From assembly GCF_046119375.1 (NCBI RefSeq), contig NW_027362762.1, forward strand, positions 642,506,001-642,570,000: a stretch of DNA of 64,000 bases, written 5' to 3'. Positions 47,427 to 58,936 of the stretch are shown piece by piece. The notes beneath the pieces are model-generated. The model saw only the letters and a program-made list of their open reading frames with translations, was not told where the DNA came from and searched no databases. The number at the start of each line of letters is the position of its first letter. Position 1 is the stretch's first letter. Both the position numbers and the translations under genes were made by a program. Origin of the DNA: Phyllobates terribilis (taxonomy: Eukaryota).

Positions 47427-49471
47427 TGTAATGCACACGTCCGGACTGACTGGTGTGTGCGTGTTTAGTAGTTCCACTGGGCCATGAATCGGAGAGTGCC
47501 TGGAGGGGCGTAACTAAGTATCTGCCCGATCCAACCAAGGTCGCACGACGGCATACGACACCAGTGCACCAAGGAGGAACCGAGCAGAGGGACCAGGGTC
47601 TACTCCAGGTCAAACTCCGGACACGGCTGTTGGCCCACACCGGGGAATACAGGAACTGGAAGGTAAGGCTGGAACACAGACTGGGGGTATAGGCAGACAC
47701 GGCTGGTATGCAGACGGGTGGACACTGGTAAGCACGACTGGTATGCAGGCAGAGAGGTGCTGGCAGGTACGGCCGGAATGCAGGCAGGTGGATGCTGGTA
47801 AGCACGACTGGTATGCAGGCAGGGAGGTACTGGCAGGCACAACAGGCTGGAGCACAGAGTGGATAGGACCCAGTACAGACTGGGACTTCCAGAACAAAAC
47901 CGCAGATGCGGTGGACAAACACAGCAGGGTGAGACCTCCCGGAGCGGTGGGCAAGAGCAGAGCAAGATTGCCGGAGCAGCGAGCAAAGGGTCAGAGCAGA
48001 GCGAGGCTGCCGGAGCAGCGAGCAAAGGGTCAGAGCAGAGCGAGACTGCCGGAGCAGCGAGCAAAGGGTCAGAGCAGAGCGAGACAGTCGGAGCAGCGAG
48101 CAAAGGGTCAGAGCAGAGCGAGACTGCTGGAGCAGCGAGCAAAGGGTTAGAGCAGAGCGAGGCTGCCGGAGCAGCGAGCAATGGGTCAGAGCAGAGCGAG
48201 ACTGCCGGAGCAGCGAGCAAAGGGTCAGAGCGGAGTGAGACTGCCGGAGCAGTGAACAAAGGGTCAGGGCAGAGCGAGACTGCCGGAGCAGTGAGCAAAG
48301 GGTCAGAGCAGAGCGAGACTGCCGGAGCAGTGAGCAAAGAGTCAGGGCAGAGAGCGAGACTGCCGGAGCAGTGAGCAAGGCGGAGCAGAGCGGAAACCGC
48401 AGGAGCGGTGAGCAAGGCGGAGTAGAGCGGAAACCGCAGGAGCGGTGAGCAAGGAGGAGGCGGAGTAGAGCGGAAACCGCAGGAGCGGTGAGCAAGGCGG
48501 AGTAGAGCGGAAACCGCAGGAGCGGTGAGCAAGGCGGAGCAGAGCGGAAACCGCAGGAGCGGTGAGCAAGGCGGAGCAGAACGGAAACCGCAGGAGAGGT
48601 GAGTAAGGCAGAGCAGAGCGGAAACCGCAGAAGCGGTGAGCAAGGCGGAGCAGAGGGGACAGGGCTCTGTTCACACGGAACAGACAGGAAGGGAAAGGCA
48701 GAACCAGATATACACTAGATACTTGCAATGAAGTAGCGAGTGGACACTAAACTCACAAACGAAAGTACAGCGACTACGAGTAGGAGTTAGGAGTAGGTTC
48801 AGACTCTGCAGAAAAAGGGAAGGGACGGACATATAAACAAAACAGGTAAAAGGTAGGAGAGTGTTCAGACCGGAACTGAGTGTTCGGACAGAAACCGACA
48901 CTGCAGCGAGAGACAGGAGCGAGTCTGGGTATGCGGCCCCCAGAGAGGTGGGACGAACAGGCAAGGAGCGTGTTCAGACTGGCCTAGAAATACAGCCTAA
49001 GGAAGGCGGACAGACAGGCAAACAAACACAGAAACAGATCTAGGTATGCAGCCCCTAGAAGGCAGGATGAACAGGCTAAGAGTGTTCAGACAGGTAGCTG
49101 GCTAGAGTGAACAGACAGGACACAGTTCAGACACGGGAACTGATACCGTAAGGCAGGGAAAAGGGAAGGACCTGGCACGTCAGCGACCAAAGGCCAACTG
49201 ACAGAACAAGATGCTCAGGCAAGGATTCCAGGAAAGAGCTGGGTTAAATACCAGGTGACAGACAACAATAGACTGAGGACGCACAAGGGGTGTGCCCGCA
49301 GCAGCTACAAGAAGCAGGAAGTGATCGGGTGCCGCCCTTAAGCAGAAGAAACAGAGGCAAGCAGACAGCATGGAGGAAAGCCAGAGTGATAGTCTGGACT
49401 GGAAATAAAGTGCGCGCTCTTGCACAGTGGGAGATGGACCACTATGCAAGGACGCCGCCAGGTATGTTACA
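47427..49471 (-). mobile_element. Solo LTR (2045 bp) expanded by internal tandem repeats
   Basis: TGTAATG...TGTTACA ends and a perfect 5-bp TSD GTGAG (47422-47426, 49472-49476). TATTTAA on the minus strand at ~49245. Confidence 0.88.
47955..48655. repeat. Two adjacent GC-rich tandem arrays inside the solo LTR: 39-bp x ~10 and 37-bp x ~8
   Basis: Units GAGCAGAGCGAGACTGCCGGAGCAGCGAGCAAAGGGTCA and GAGCGGTGAGCAAGGCGGAGCAGAGCGGAAACCGCAG. Confidence 0.92.
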
Positions 49472-49961
49472 GTGAGGACGTGATGTACAATACAAAGTTA
49501 TATTGTGAGAAAAACGAGAACCACCGAATGATAGGTCCAATAGGGCAAAGGATACATATAAGACTTTTATTATTGTAACGGCAACACGTGGCACTACATG
49601 CAAAAGGAAAAACCGCATAGCAGTGACCAAACACAAACAGAAATCATATAATGGAAGTTACATAGTGTACTGCATTAACACATATAAATAGTAGTACAAC
49701 AGGTATGCATATCAGACAAATGTTAAAACTCCATTTGACATATGGTGAATACCACCTAGGAGACCAGGAACAGAGACAGACATCAAGCCATCTTATAAAT
49801 ATAAAGATACCATGTACATCATCATTGTGACCATATCCATATCCATATCAAGTGTATCTAGACGGTCAATATTAAATAAATAGGTGACAGCATATAGTCA
49901 GTAAAAGGGAAAATAGTATACCTGTGTCTACAGCAGCTTATGTGGATGGCACATGCGGCAA

Positions 49962-50004
49962 ACCCCGACGCGCGTTTCGGACAGCAAGTCCTTCGTCAGG
50001 GGGT
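49962..50004 (-). ncRNA. Type I hammerhead ribozyme (left arm)
   Basis: ACCCC-CUGACGA-A-GGAC(UUGCU)GUCC-GAAA-CGCGC-GUC-GGGGU. Intact core and GUC cleavage triplet. Confidence 0.9.
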
Positions 50005-51700
50005 ACCGTCCAACTGAACCACCACGTATATAAAGGTAAGTGTGACCAATGGAATCCGGGGCATACATAATTAATGTGACCTCAGGGCGCAATCGCGTGG
50101 AAACACGTGCACCCAGTTGTTATGCTGATGAATGTAGTAAGAGGCGTCCGTAGTGTGCGCATGCGCAGCCCGGAGGAACCGGAAGCCGCGAGCGCCGCGT
50201 CATGCATCAGCTGACGTCGGGTCAAAAGACCCGAGTCACCTGACACATAGAGACGCACGCATCACAGCTCCCCGGAACACGGACTGAGCATGCGCGCCAC
50301 GCCAACCAGGTCCCCATAGTAACCGGATACACACAGTAACCGGCACGCTTCACATAGAGATTATCGTATTGTATACTCAGCGAATTCAGAATGGAGGGGG
50401 AACATGAGACCATTTACATCGCAGTCATGGGGTATAGAGAATCCATAAAGAAAAAGGAAGGATAATAAGAATACACGATAGAAATTAAACAAAAGGTAAG
50501 TAAAACAGCACGAAAGAAGGAAATGTGAGGATGAAGAATGTGAGGGGCATGTGCCTAAATATATTACGGTGCAAACCAATGCACATAGGTGAACATGGAG
50601 AACATATCAGTGAAAATAATGTCCCTGTATGTACATACAGATGGACGTGAGATTAGAAAATATAATTCAATGGATAAAGATATGAATGTGACTGTGAAAA
50701 GAAAATGAAAATAAATTGAATAAATAAGAAAAAGAGAATAAAAAAGAAAAGAGGAAGAAAAGAAAGTGAAACACTCATGGGGCAAAAGTGATAGTGCAAA
50801 GTAGGTGAAAGTGAAACCAAAACAGGTGAATATATGCTGAAGCTAAATAGTGACGATGTGAAAGAAAAGAAAATAGAGAGGGGGGGAGGGGGGGGAGGGG
50901 GGGGGAAAGGGGGAAGAGGGGGAATGTGAAGCAAAAAGAAAAAGGAATAGGAGTGAAGATGGACAAGGAAAGAGTGAGGGGGGAGAGAAACCAAAAGAAA
51001 AGAGAAGAAGAACAAACACGAAAAATGCCTGATCTAATCCTGCTGCGAAGTGCCATGCTATTGCAGGATAAAAAACATCTACAGAGCCGTCAATACCATC
51101 TATCATCATATACAGATGGTATGGATAATCAATGATATACACATCAGTATTAGATGTGTCAGTAGACAAGGAACCACACACCACAGGCGAATAATACGTG
51201 ATACATACAACATGAAAAAACAAGATACATCATAGGAATAAATATACAGTAGTATCAATATATAAATATAGTACATAAATATGTATAATATAATAAATAA
51301 ATACATATCAAATGTACAGATCATAAAAATTGGAAAGTGTTATACATCTATACACACTGGTGGTATGTCATATTTTGCAAGAAATAATACATGTACCGGA
51401 CGACATAGATGAGTGAATGTGATGTAATTCCGGGGAGCTGTGATGCGTGCGTCTCTATGTGTCAGGTGACTCGGGTCTTTTGACCCGACGTCAGCTGATG
51501 CATGACGTGGCGCTCGCGGCTTCCGGTTCCTCCGGGCTGCGCATGCGCACACTACGAACGCCTCTTACTACATTCATCAGCATAACAACTGGGTGCACGT
51601 GTTTCCACGCGATTGCGCCCTGAGGTCACATTAATTATGTATGCCCCGGATTCCATTGGTCACACTTACCTTTATATACGTGGTGGTTCAGTTGGACGGT

Positions 51701-51743
51701 ACCCCCTGACGAAGGACTTGCTGTCCGAAACGCGCGTCGGGGT
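51701..51743 (+). ncRNA. Type I hammerhead ribozyme (right arm); predicted cleavage after C51738
   Basis: Identical inverted copy of 49962-50004. Confidence 0.9.
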
Positions 51744-52507
51744 TTGCCGCATGTGCCATCCACATAAGCTGCTGTAGACACAGGTATACTATTTTCCCTT
51801 TTACTGACTATATGCTGTCACCTATTTATTTAATATTGACCGTCTAGATACACTTGATATGGATATGGATATGGTCACAATGATGATGTACATGGTATCT
51901 TTATATTTATAAGATGGCTTGATGTCTGTCTCTGTTCCTGGTCTCCTAGGTGGTATTCACCATATGTCAAATGGAGTTTTAACATTTGTCTGATATGCAT
52001 ACCTGTTGTACTACTATTTATATGTGTTAATGCAGTACACTATGTAACTTCCATTATATGATTTCTGTTTGTGTTTGGTCACTGCTATGCGGTTTTTCCT
52101 TTTGCATGTAGTGCCACGTGTTGCCGTTACAATAATAAAAGTCTTATATGTATCCTTTGCCCTATTGGACCTATCATTCGGTGGTTCTCGTTTTTCTTAT
52201 GTTTGTTACCGAATGGTCTGCCATTTCCTATTGGTCCATACATTAAAGCACTCGATATAGGTTAGACCAGGCCAACCTACAGATGATAGTATGGTCTGTG
52301 TCCCGTGCTTCTTAGTTCAGTGTTTTTTGTCTTCAAAGTTATATTGTGGTACCGTGTTAGGCAGAAAAATCGATGTAAATACTTTTATGCCAAAAATGAC
52401 TGAAGTATTCTCGGAGTGATACCTTTATTGGCTAACCAGAAAAAAATATATATATGGTGAGGACGTAGGAGAGATTTTCTTCTGATGACTCTTCAATAAA
52501 GGCTATA

Positions 52508-54116
52508 CAGTCGTGTTCATCGTTCTTGGCACCCATGAAGTGTAAGTACATATTGTGGAATATCTCCTGAAAAAAATTAATCAAGTGAAACAGTTTTTTT
52601 GTATAGAGCACTCGTGTTAAATGCAAAAGAGCAAATGATAAACAATAATTTAAAACAGAAAACATTGGGAGGGAAAAATAGAAAAACCTAACGCTTGCTG
52701 TGACACTGGTATTGGCACCCTTTACATTAATTTAGTATAGAAACACATTTTGACTTGCCTGTTTTAAATCACAAAAGATATTCACCTGTGATTAATTGTC
52801 GTGCCCATGTGACATGAATTAGCCAATGAATGATAACTTCAGTGTTTTAAAAAGCCACATGGAAGGCCATGTTCCTTTGTCACAATGGTGAATACAAAGA
52901 AGCTGTTTGAGCACATCAGAACTGCTGTTATTAGCAAACACAAGACTTCCAAGGATATAAGGCCATCTCCAAAGACGTTGGTATCCCAGTTTCAACAGTG
53001 CGCAATATTATTAAGAAGTTTGCCAAGCATGGAACCGTCAAGGACCTATCTGGTCGTGGGGGAAAGAGGAAAATTGACAAAAGATGTATTCGAAGTTTGG
53101 TGTGAATGGTGGAAAAAACACCACATCAAACATCCAAAGATCTGAAGGCCAACCTGTAACAGTCTTGGGTCATGTTTTCAACAAGTACCATACACCACAC
53201 ACTAAACCAAGCAGAGCTTTATGGGCGGAGGCCAAGGCAGAAACCATTTCTGAAGAAAAGACATAAAAAGGAAAAACTGATCTTTTCTAAAGAGTACCTT
53301 TACAAACCACAATCCTTCTGGGAAAATGTTCTGTGGACAGATGAAACGAAAATAGAGCTTTTTTCAAATGCAAAGCAGCAATTTGTTTACAGACAGCGCA
53401 ATGAAGCTTATAAGGAAAAAAACACCTTACGAACAGTTAAGCATGATAGAGGATCCATAATGCTGTGGGGTCGCTTTGCTGCATCTGGTACTGGAGGCCT
53501 TGACTGTGCCACAAGAATCATGAAATTGAGAATTATGAAGAGATTTTAGAGCGAAATGTCCTACCCAGTGTAAGAAAATTTGGTTTGAGTCGAAGATCAT
53601 GGGTCCTTCAGCAAGACAATGACCCACATCCAAAAGTACACAGGAATGGTTGAAAAAAAATGGACTGTTTTAAAATGGCCAGCAATGAGTCCTGACCTCA
53701 ATCCCATTGAAAATCTTTGGGGTGAGCTGAAATGTGCCTTTTTGGAAAAAGATCCCTGCAAACATTCAAGAGCTTGAAAAAACTGCAAAGTAAGAGTGGG
53801 AGAAAATTCCAGCTGAGAAGTGCAAGTAGCTGATAAATGGCTACAAGAAATGTTTGGAGGCTGTCAGCAATGCCAAAGGGTGTACAACCAAATATTAATT
53901 AGGGATGGCTTTATTACTGCACATGCTGTTTATTCTGTTTTTTTCTTTGAAATTGCAACATGGAAGTTGAAAAACAATGTTTTATTGTTGTATTCCTTTG
54001 GACCACTAATTAAAAAATCCTGAGCATATAACTTTGGTACATTTCCATTTATTTCTGAAGATATGGTACAGTTTATGAAAAAAATGAAGGGGTGCCAATA
54101 ATGATGAGCAGCAGTG
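52508..54116 (+). mobile_element. Decayed full-length Tc1-like transposon nested in the older Tc1
   Basis: TA TSD (52506-52507, 54117-54118). TIRs CAGTCGTGTTCATCGTTCTTGGCACCC / GGGTGCCAATAATGATGAGCAGCAGTG. Transposase fragments [58 protein letters not shown]. Confidence 0.9.
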
Positions 54117-54437
54117 TATTTGTACAGGTGTCTCTGAACAGTAGAACAATTTATCACAACTCCAGAGTCTGCTAAATCTTTCTGGAGGTCTTTAGTAGTC
54201 AAGCGGGGGGGGGTTCTGTTTTGCCTCTCTAGCAATCCAATGAGCAGCTCTCACTGACATTTAGCGCGGTCTTCCAGACCTTATCTTGACCTCCACTGTT
54301 CCTGTTAATTGCCATTTCTTAATTACATTTCGAACTGAGGAAAGGGCAACTTGAAAACGCTTTGCTATCTTCTTATAGCCTTCTCCTACTTTGTGGGCCT
54401 CCACCATTTTTATTTTCAGAGTGCTAGGCAGCTGCTC

Positions 54438-55700
54438 AACACACTTTTTCACTTTTTCTTCGCTTCATCTCAACACTTCTTACCTCTATATCTTTTCCAT
54501 TTCATATTGTTTTATAGGAAACACTTCTTATTCTACAGATATTTCCCCACTCTTTCACCCCAAAGTGGTGGCTTTTTATTCTTTACCACTGGTTGAAAAA
54601 CTAGAACCCTCACAAAACCCTATTTCAACACAATCATTTGCCTTTTTTCCTATTTATATATCTCATCTGCCCCATTTTTAACTTCTATTTATTTTATTTC
54701 TCACATCACAAACCAGGAAAACCTTCCATGAGTCAGTTATCTCCTTTCTGTATTGAATTCCAGTATTGGTTACTTATTCTACATGGCAATCTAAAGAGCT
54801 TATTGGCTAAGAAAATCAGTCATTTTTTCACTTCACTTTTTCTTCACGATCAACTCCCTTATTGTTCATTCATCTCTTATCTTTACTTAATATACAAGTA
54901 CACTCTTCATTCATGTTTCCTATATTTTTGCTCACACTAAATATATTTCACACTCATACTTCGTTGGACTAGAACCTCTTTTATCTGCATCACTGTAGTC
55001 TATATTCATTTACCCACCTATCCAACCTTCTTTGTATTGTATAAGCCCTCTATTTATCTCTTTAATTTCGTTTTCTTTCATGTCCTTTTCCCAATCTTTA
55101 TCCTACCCTCTCTCTTATCCCCATCTGAGCATTCTGTGGCACCTCCTACTAATTGACACACTCTTGTTTTCCTTTACCACCCTATTCAACTTTGATCCCT
55201 ACACACCCCATACACCAATTTTTCATTTATTTTTACTCCCTGCTTTGATCAATCACTCAATCATATGTTTTTCTCATACATTTTTTCTTTTTTTTTCTAT
55301 AAATTCACAATCATATTTCTCGCTACTGCTCCTATTCATTTCGTATTTCCTATATCTCTTTTTAAGTTTTGTATGGACCCCAAAATCGGCGGTCCAATGG
55401 CTCTTGGCGCCAATTTCAGACTTTAAATGGTTCTATGTGCTATTAAATCCTATTTGTCATTTTTTTAGTGACTTGAAAAAGACACCGGTACGGCATTGAA
55501 ATGCATTGTCCAACTAAAATAACCTTCATCTAATCATCTCGGAACAAGAGACATTCTTCCCTCTGCGCAGCCTATTTAAAAAGTGCTTTTATTCTTTTTG
55601 CTGAGATTTTACCTGGGGCTTGCCCCAACCAGCAGCAGGTGGAATTTTTAAACCAGGAGCTATCACATCATCCCCTATATGAGCAACACCATTTTTTATA
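54438..55700 (+). mobile_element. Pyrimidine-rich probable PLE 3' end / pLTR remnant with a degenerate hammerhead-like motif
   Basis: Truncates the Tc1 N-terminus at ~54437. T/C-rich tract followed by GAC-TTGAAAA-AG...GAAA-TGCA-TT-GTC at 55470-55510. Right boundary uncertain. Confidence 0.4.
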
Positions 55701-55862
55701 ATTTTTCTCCCTCCTTAAATGTGTGTGCTTTTTCCCCACAGCATTACTACAATTTATAGATTCCAAAATGCTATAGGGGCCCATACACCTGACCATGCTG
55801 GTGGGGACTTATAAGACTTTAGTTATGCCATTGCTATACAATACAACAGATCTCCTTTGTCT

Positions 55863-58800
55863 AATGCAACTGGTGATCACTGTATTACCTGTACACTGTA
55901 TACAGAGCTCCTGGGTATAATGTTACTGATGATCCCTGTATTACCTGTACACTGTATACAGAGCTCCTGTGTATAATGTCACTGGTGATCACTGTATTAC
56001 CTGTACACTGTATACAGAGCTCCTGTGTATAATGTCACTGGTGATCACTGTATTACCTGTACACTGTACACAGAGCTCCTGTGTATAATGTCACTGGTGA
56101 TCACTGTATTACCTGTACACTGTATACAGAGCTCCTGTGTATAATGTTACTAATGATCCCTGTATTACCTGTACACTGTGCTTCTGTGTGTAATGTCACT
56201 GGTGAGCATTATATTACCTGTACACTGACACTATATACAGAGCTCCTGTGTATAATGTCACTGATGATCCTTGTACTACCTGTACACTGTATACAGAGCT
56301 CCTGTGTATAATGTTACTGATGATCCCTGTATTACCTGTACACTGTATACAGAGCTCCTGTGTGTAATGTCACTGGTGATCCCTGTATTACCTGTACACT
56401 GTATACAGAGCTGCTGTGTATAATGTTACTGGTGATCACTGTATTACCTGTACACTGTATACAGAGCTCCTGTGTATAATGTCACTGGTGATCACTGTAT
56501 TACCTGTACACTGTACACAGAGCTCCTGTGTATAATGTCACTGGTGATCACTGTATTACCTGTACACTGTATACAGAGCTCCTGTGTATAATGTCACTGG
56601 TGATCACTGTATTACCTGTAAACTGACACTATATACAGAGCTCCTGTGTATAATGTCACTGATGATCCCTGTATTAGCTGTACACTGTATACAGAGCTCC
56701 TGTGTATAATGTTACTGATGATCCCTGTATTACCTGTACAATGTATACAGAGCTCCTGTGTATAATGTTACTGATGATCCCTGTATTACCTGTACATTGT
56801 ATACAGAGCTCCTGTGTGTAATGGCACTGGTGATCCCTGTATTACCTGTACACTGTATACAGAGCTCCTGTGTATAATGTCACTGATGATCCATGTATTA
56901 CCTGTACACTGTATACAGAGCTCCTGTGTATAATGTTACTGATGATCCCTGTATTACCTGTACACCGTACACAGAGCTCCTGTGTATAATGTTACTGATG
57001 ATCCCTGTATTACCTGTACTCTGTATACAGAGCTCCTGTGTATAATGTTACTGATGGTCCCTGTATTACCTGTACACTGTATACAGAGCTCCTGTGTATA
57101 ATGTCACTGATGATCCCTGTATTACCTGTACACTATATACAGAGCTCCTGTGTGTAATGTTACTGGTGATCCCTGTATTACCTGTACACTGAATCTACAT
57201 ACATAGCTCCTCTGTATAATGTCACTGGTGATCACTGTATTACCTGTACACTGTATACAGAGCTCCTGTGTATAATGTTACTGATGATCCCTGTATTAAC
57301 TGTACACTATATACAGAGCTCCTGTGTGTAATGTTACTGATGATCCCTGTATTACCTGTACACTGTACACAGAGCTCCTGTGTATAATGTTACTGATGAT
57401 CCCTGTATTACCTGTACACTGTATACAGACCTCCTGTGTGTAATGTCACTGATGATCCCTGTATTACCTGTACACTGTATACAGAGCTCCTGTGTATAAT
57501 GTTACTGATGATCCCTGTATTACCTGTACACTGTATACAGAGCTCCTGTGTATAATGTCACTGGTGATCACTGTATTACCTGTACACTGTATACAGAGCT
57601 CCTGTGTATAATGTCACTGATGATCACTGTATTACCTGTACATTGTACACAGAGCTCCTGTGTATAATGTCACTGGTGATCACTGTATTACCTGTACACT
57701 GTATACAGAGCTCCTGTGTATAATGTTACTAATGATCCCAGTATTACCTGTAAACTGTGCTCCTGTGTGTAATGTCACTGGTGAGCATTATATTACCTGT
57801 ACACTGACACTATATACAGAGCTCCTGTGTATAATGTCACTGATGATCCCTGTACACTGTATACAGAGCTCCTGTGTATAATGTTACTGATGATCCCTGT
57901 ATTACCCGTACACTGTATACAGAGCTCCTGTGTGTAATGTCACTGGTGATCCCTGAATTACCTGTACACTGTATACAGAGCTCCTGTGTATAATGTCAAT
58001 GGTGATCACTGTATTACCTGTACACTGTATACAGAGCTCCTGTGTATAATGTCACTGGTGATCACTGTATTACCTGTACACTGTACACAGAGCTCCTGTG
58101 TATAATGTCACTGGTGATCACTGTATTACCTGTACACTGTATACAGAGCTCCTGTGTATAATGTCACTGATGATCACTGTATTACCTGTACACTGACACT
58201 ATATACAGAGCTCCTGTGTATAATGTCACTGATGATCCCTGTATTACCTGTACACTGTATGCAGAGCTCCTGTGTATAATGTTACTGATGATCCCTGTAT
58301 TACCAGTACACTGTATACAGAGCTCCTGTGTATAATGTTACTGATGATCCCTGTATTACCTGTACACTGTACACAGAGCTCCTGTGTATAATGTTGCTGA
58401 TGATCCCTGTATTACCTGTACACTGTATACAGAGCTCCTGTGTATAATTTTACTGATGATCCCTGTATTACCTGTACACTGTATACAGAGCTCCTGTGTG
58501 TAATGTCACTGGTTATCCCTGTATTACCTGTACACTGTATACAGAGCTCCTGTGTATAATGTCACTGATGATCCCTGTATTACCTGTACACTGTATACAG
58601 AGCTCCTGTGTATAATGTTACTGATGATCCCTGTATTACCTGTACACTTTATACAGAGCTCCTGTGTACAATGTTACTGATGATCCCTGTATTACCTGTA
58701 CAATGTATACAGAGCTCCTGTGTGTAATGTTACTGATGATCCCTCTATTACCTGTACACTATATACAGAGCTCCTGTGTGTAATGTTACTGGTGATCCCT

Positions 58801-58936
58801 GTATTACCTGTACACTGAATCTATATACATAGCTCCTCTGTATAATGTCACTGGTGATCACTGTATTACCTGTACACTGTATACAGAGCTCCTGTGTATA
58901 ATGTTACTGATGATCCCTGTATTACCTGTACACTAT
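55863..58936. repeat. 56-bp satellite/minisatellite (TGTATAATGTCACTGGTGATCACTGTATTACCTGTACACTGTATACAGAGCTCCTG), ~54 units, with a ~1.6-kb higher-order duplication
   Basis: GAGCTC recurs every 56 nt (55961, 56017...). Rare variant units recur at +1579 (ORFs 56081/57660) and ~+1630. Interrupted on the right by the LTR element. Confidence 0.97.

Larger units (their letters stand above)
49482..52452. mobile_element. Non-coding Penelope-like (retrozyme-like) element with 770-bp inverted arms
   Basis: 49508-50277 is the reverse complement of 51428-52197, colinear with no indel and only a couple of substitutions seen. A hammerhead in each arm. 14-bp TSD TATGGTGAGGACGT. No ORF with retroelement motifs. 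Confidence 0.8.
46580..54437 (-). mobile_element. Decayed Tc1-like element split into three pieces (46580-47426, 52453-52507, 54117-54437) by later insertions
   Basis: TA-CAGTGGCACGGAAAACTTTGGGCACC end. The transposase reads through the pieces: QLPSTLKIKMVEAHKVGEGYKKIAKRF..GRPR, then HKIQRQNYAKEHL..VLWNDEVKIELF..QMDND. Confidence 0.85.

Noticed and set aside
47041-48728. 484-aa and 347-aa minus-strand ORFs
   Set aside because: LTR tandem repeats read through into a Tc1 transposase fragment.
52380-52452. Possible additional ribozyme at the right end of the inverted-arm element
   Set aside because: Resembles a PLE terminal motif (GATACCTTTATTGGCTAAC), but no hammerhead core is present.
55863-58936. 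CRISPR-like periodicity
   Set aside because: Contiguous tandem units without unique spacers, eukaryotic context, no cas genes. The same applies to the other arrays.
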